Shown: positions 61,801-64,000 of the stretch, one piece after another | Layout: each line of letters opens with the position of its first letter | Numbering within the stretch: the stretch's first letter is position 1 | Program-made: the position numbers and the translations under genes | Source of the DNA: Phoronis australis | Lineage: Eukaryota; Animalia; Phoronida | Length of the DNA: 64,000 bases | Assembly: GCA_002633005.1 (NCBI GenBank) | Contig: NMRA01000004.1 | Coordinates: forward strand, 1,901,935 to 1,965,934 | Reading direction: 5' to 3' | Notes under the pieces: model-generated | Told to the model about the DNA's origin: nothing | What the model saw: only the letters and a program-made list of their open reading frames with translations | Database searches by the model: none

Positions 61801-64000
61801 TGTTTGCACGAATCCGCCATTATAATTGAAAAGGAAGTGTTGTGTGAAAACTAACGGTGGTTCTACATGTTTGGAGCACGCACGCTTTCACGTTTGCATT
61901 TTTAAAATCTATGTTAAAACAAGGCATTTTGTCTTAAACAACAATGCACAACAATCATTTTTGCTGCGCCATCAAAGTGTGCAAGTTGCGAATTCCTACT
62001 TACGGACATATTTGTAGAGCTTGTCTTGGGAAATGCATAGCACTGCTACCGCTACTTCAACGTAGATTTTAGATAGTTGTTAAACAACGTTCCAATTTAT
62101 TCACCTATACGCGCCTCTGTGTCGCTTGGCGTGTTATAAGCAAATGACAACGAAAACGAAAACGAAACGTACTAACCTTCAGATCTAATTTCCATTCTAC
62201 GGTTCAAACTTGATCATTTTTTTGGAAATGCGCACGCAGCAGATCGCTGGAGGTCGCCTAGTTTCAAAGTTCACGACCCTCAGGCCTACTCTGTCCCAGA
62301 AACAGGTTGTACTAACAGAAAAGAAGACGAACCAAAGACGAGCCAACCACCTTGATTCGCCAAACGTCCAGTTCGGTTTATTGCCGACAAAAACTCTTCT
62401 GTACTGAGTGACTTGAAAATCAAATTAAGTTCTGTTTGTATTAGCGTGCAACCACTTTGGCCGGAGACTACTTTGTAAGATTTCCACTATCAACTTTCGC
62501 TTGTGTAAACGAGGTCTGAGGGTAATGCGTCCCACCGGGGCTTCCGTTCGGACGAGAGGCACTTTGTAGCTGGCTAATACCGTAATCGAATTGTAAACAC
62601 AGCCTTAGTGACCACGGTGCCCCTTGCCTTCCAGAGGATTATATATTAAGTGCATGGGGTTAAGTTCTGGTTTAAACTAACAGTCTAACTTGATATCGTT
62701 ACGTTGCATAAAAATTAAGTCTGAAGTGAATCATAACACGTAGAGGTGCATTACCCCTTGTCAGTTTTCAAAGTCAATACTTTGGCAACTGGGCAGAGGT
62801 GGCCAAGTCGTCACCTGTCATGACCCAAAACTCCAATATGACATCAGGGCCCAGGATCTAATCTACAGACTCGACTCAGACTCAGGCTGGACACATCCAA
62901 TCACGCGGCATTTTTTCAAGGACGGAAGCCTGCCATGAAATTGGTCAATTTCAAACTCGAAATAAGAGTGAATAGATTAGACTTGAGCCTGATAACCTCC
63001 CCAACTTACATGTAGTGTATCAGAAGAACTGCCACAGCCACGTGTACTGCAAATTAGAAGGATAAAACGACTGGTGACGAGGATATTTTTAAAAATCTCT
63101 GCACGGAACGGACGAACTGGACTGTTCGGGTATGGGCGCAAGGGAGTGGATGAGAACGTGGCTGTAATGTCAAAACAGTTCCTGGGGATACAGTATGCTA
63201 ATATTTTCAGTGTGCGGCTACCCTCAGAAGTTGGAATTACCTTGACTGATTCTGGAAAAACATTGGCAGATCACTGCCTAGCGGAACACATAGAAGTATT
63301 TGATTTCCAAAGCAACACCATTGCGTTCTCATTTGTTTGAATTGAACATTTTCGCATTTACAAGATTACGTACTAATTTATTCTGGACAATTTCCAATGG
63401 CGGACATAGAATGTCGCAAATGCAGAGACCATCCATAATTTTCGAAGAATATTCGCGTAAGCATGAACATACCGACGGTGTTTTTTGGTTGTGTCGGTGA
63501 GAGGGGCGGGCTCCCAGCATCCCTAATCTGCCTATAATTTCGTGTATACATATGCCTTTAAAGCATGAAGGTTATTTAGATAAAACCACAAATGCAGCAT
63601 ATTATTCACCATTTACTTTTTTGGAAAACTTACATCAGAGGTGATTGAATGTAAGAGATTTTCATTGCAGTAGCTTCTGAAAGACTTGAAGGCTCATGAC
63701 ACCACAGCTACCAATGGACGATAGTTGGCTTATATGCACGTTACATGTACGTGTCATGAGAACTACTTTTCGTGACAAGTAGGCATGATTCCGATTGCAG
63801 ACAAAACCGTAGTGGTTTAGTTGCAATAAACATTCAGAAACAAAAGCGTGGTCAACACAGACGTCTGTGAAAACTTCTCAAAATCATTCGCTGACTCATG
63901 ACAGCACGGATGTTTCACGTTAGCGTTAAAGGGACACAAACGGTTTTTTGGAGGAAAAACGAGATTTTGCTGGTTAGGATGGACTTTTAGAAGTTTAGGA

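Noticed and set aside
35973-63044. Scattered CACGTG E-boxes (35973, 37761, 41099, 50475, 57273, 57572, 61711, 63039)
   Set aside because: Dispersed over 27 kb of CpG-retaining DNA. Enrichment cannot be shown without a background model.
41200-64000. Numerous 60-125-aa ORFs
   Set aside because: Many start at non-ATG codons, none shows recognisable motifs, and no phase-consistent exon chain could be built.

Overview
Eukaryotic, intron-rich, AT-rich animal genomic DNA. An invertebrate, possibly lophotrochozoan/mollusc-like, is inferred only from repeat style and mosaic CpG content. 1-18.5 kb (minus strand): a Sp17/SPA17-like gene with an RIIa-type D/D domain, the EDRFYNNxAF motif and at least 3 IQ motifs; it runs off the left edge. 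It appears to have several interchangeable, phase-compatible N-terminal exons: a 108-codon acidic extension, the D/D exon, a ~409-codon acidic exon starting MGCPLS, and a 27-aa amphipathic exon. 18.7-33 kb (plus strand): an 11-exon ZNHIT2 gene (~463 aa), head-to-head with the SPA17-like gene. Its last exon is tandemly duplicated across an N, probably an allelic assembly artefact. 38.6-39.9 kb (minus strand): a single-coding-exon orphan-like disordered protein (~417 aa). 41-64 kb: no convincing coding sequence, visibly CpG-richer. Introns carry PIF/Harbinger-type MITEs, a foldback element, a tRNA-derived SINE, a truncated Penelope-like element with inverted hammerhead-like repeats, and tandem arrays derived from exon 3' ends plus their splice donors. 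All gene models were built by eye from GT-AG sites and reading-frame phase; there is no transcript evidence.
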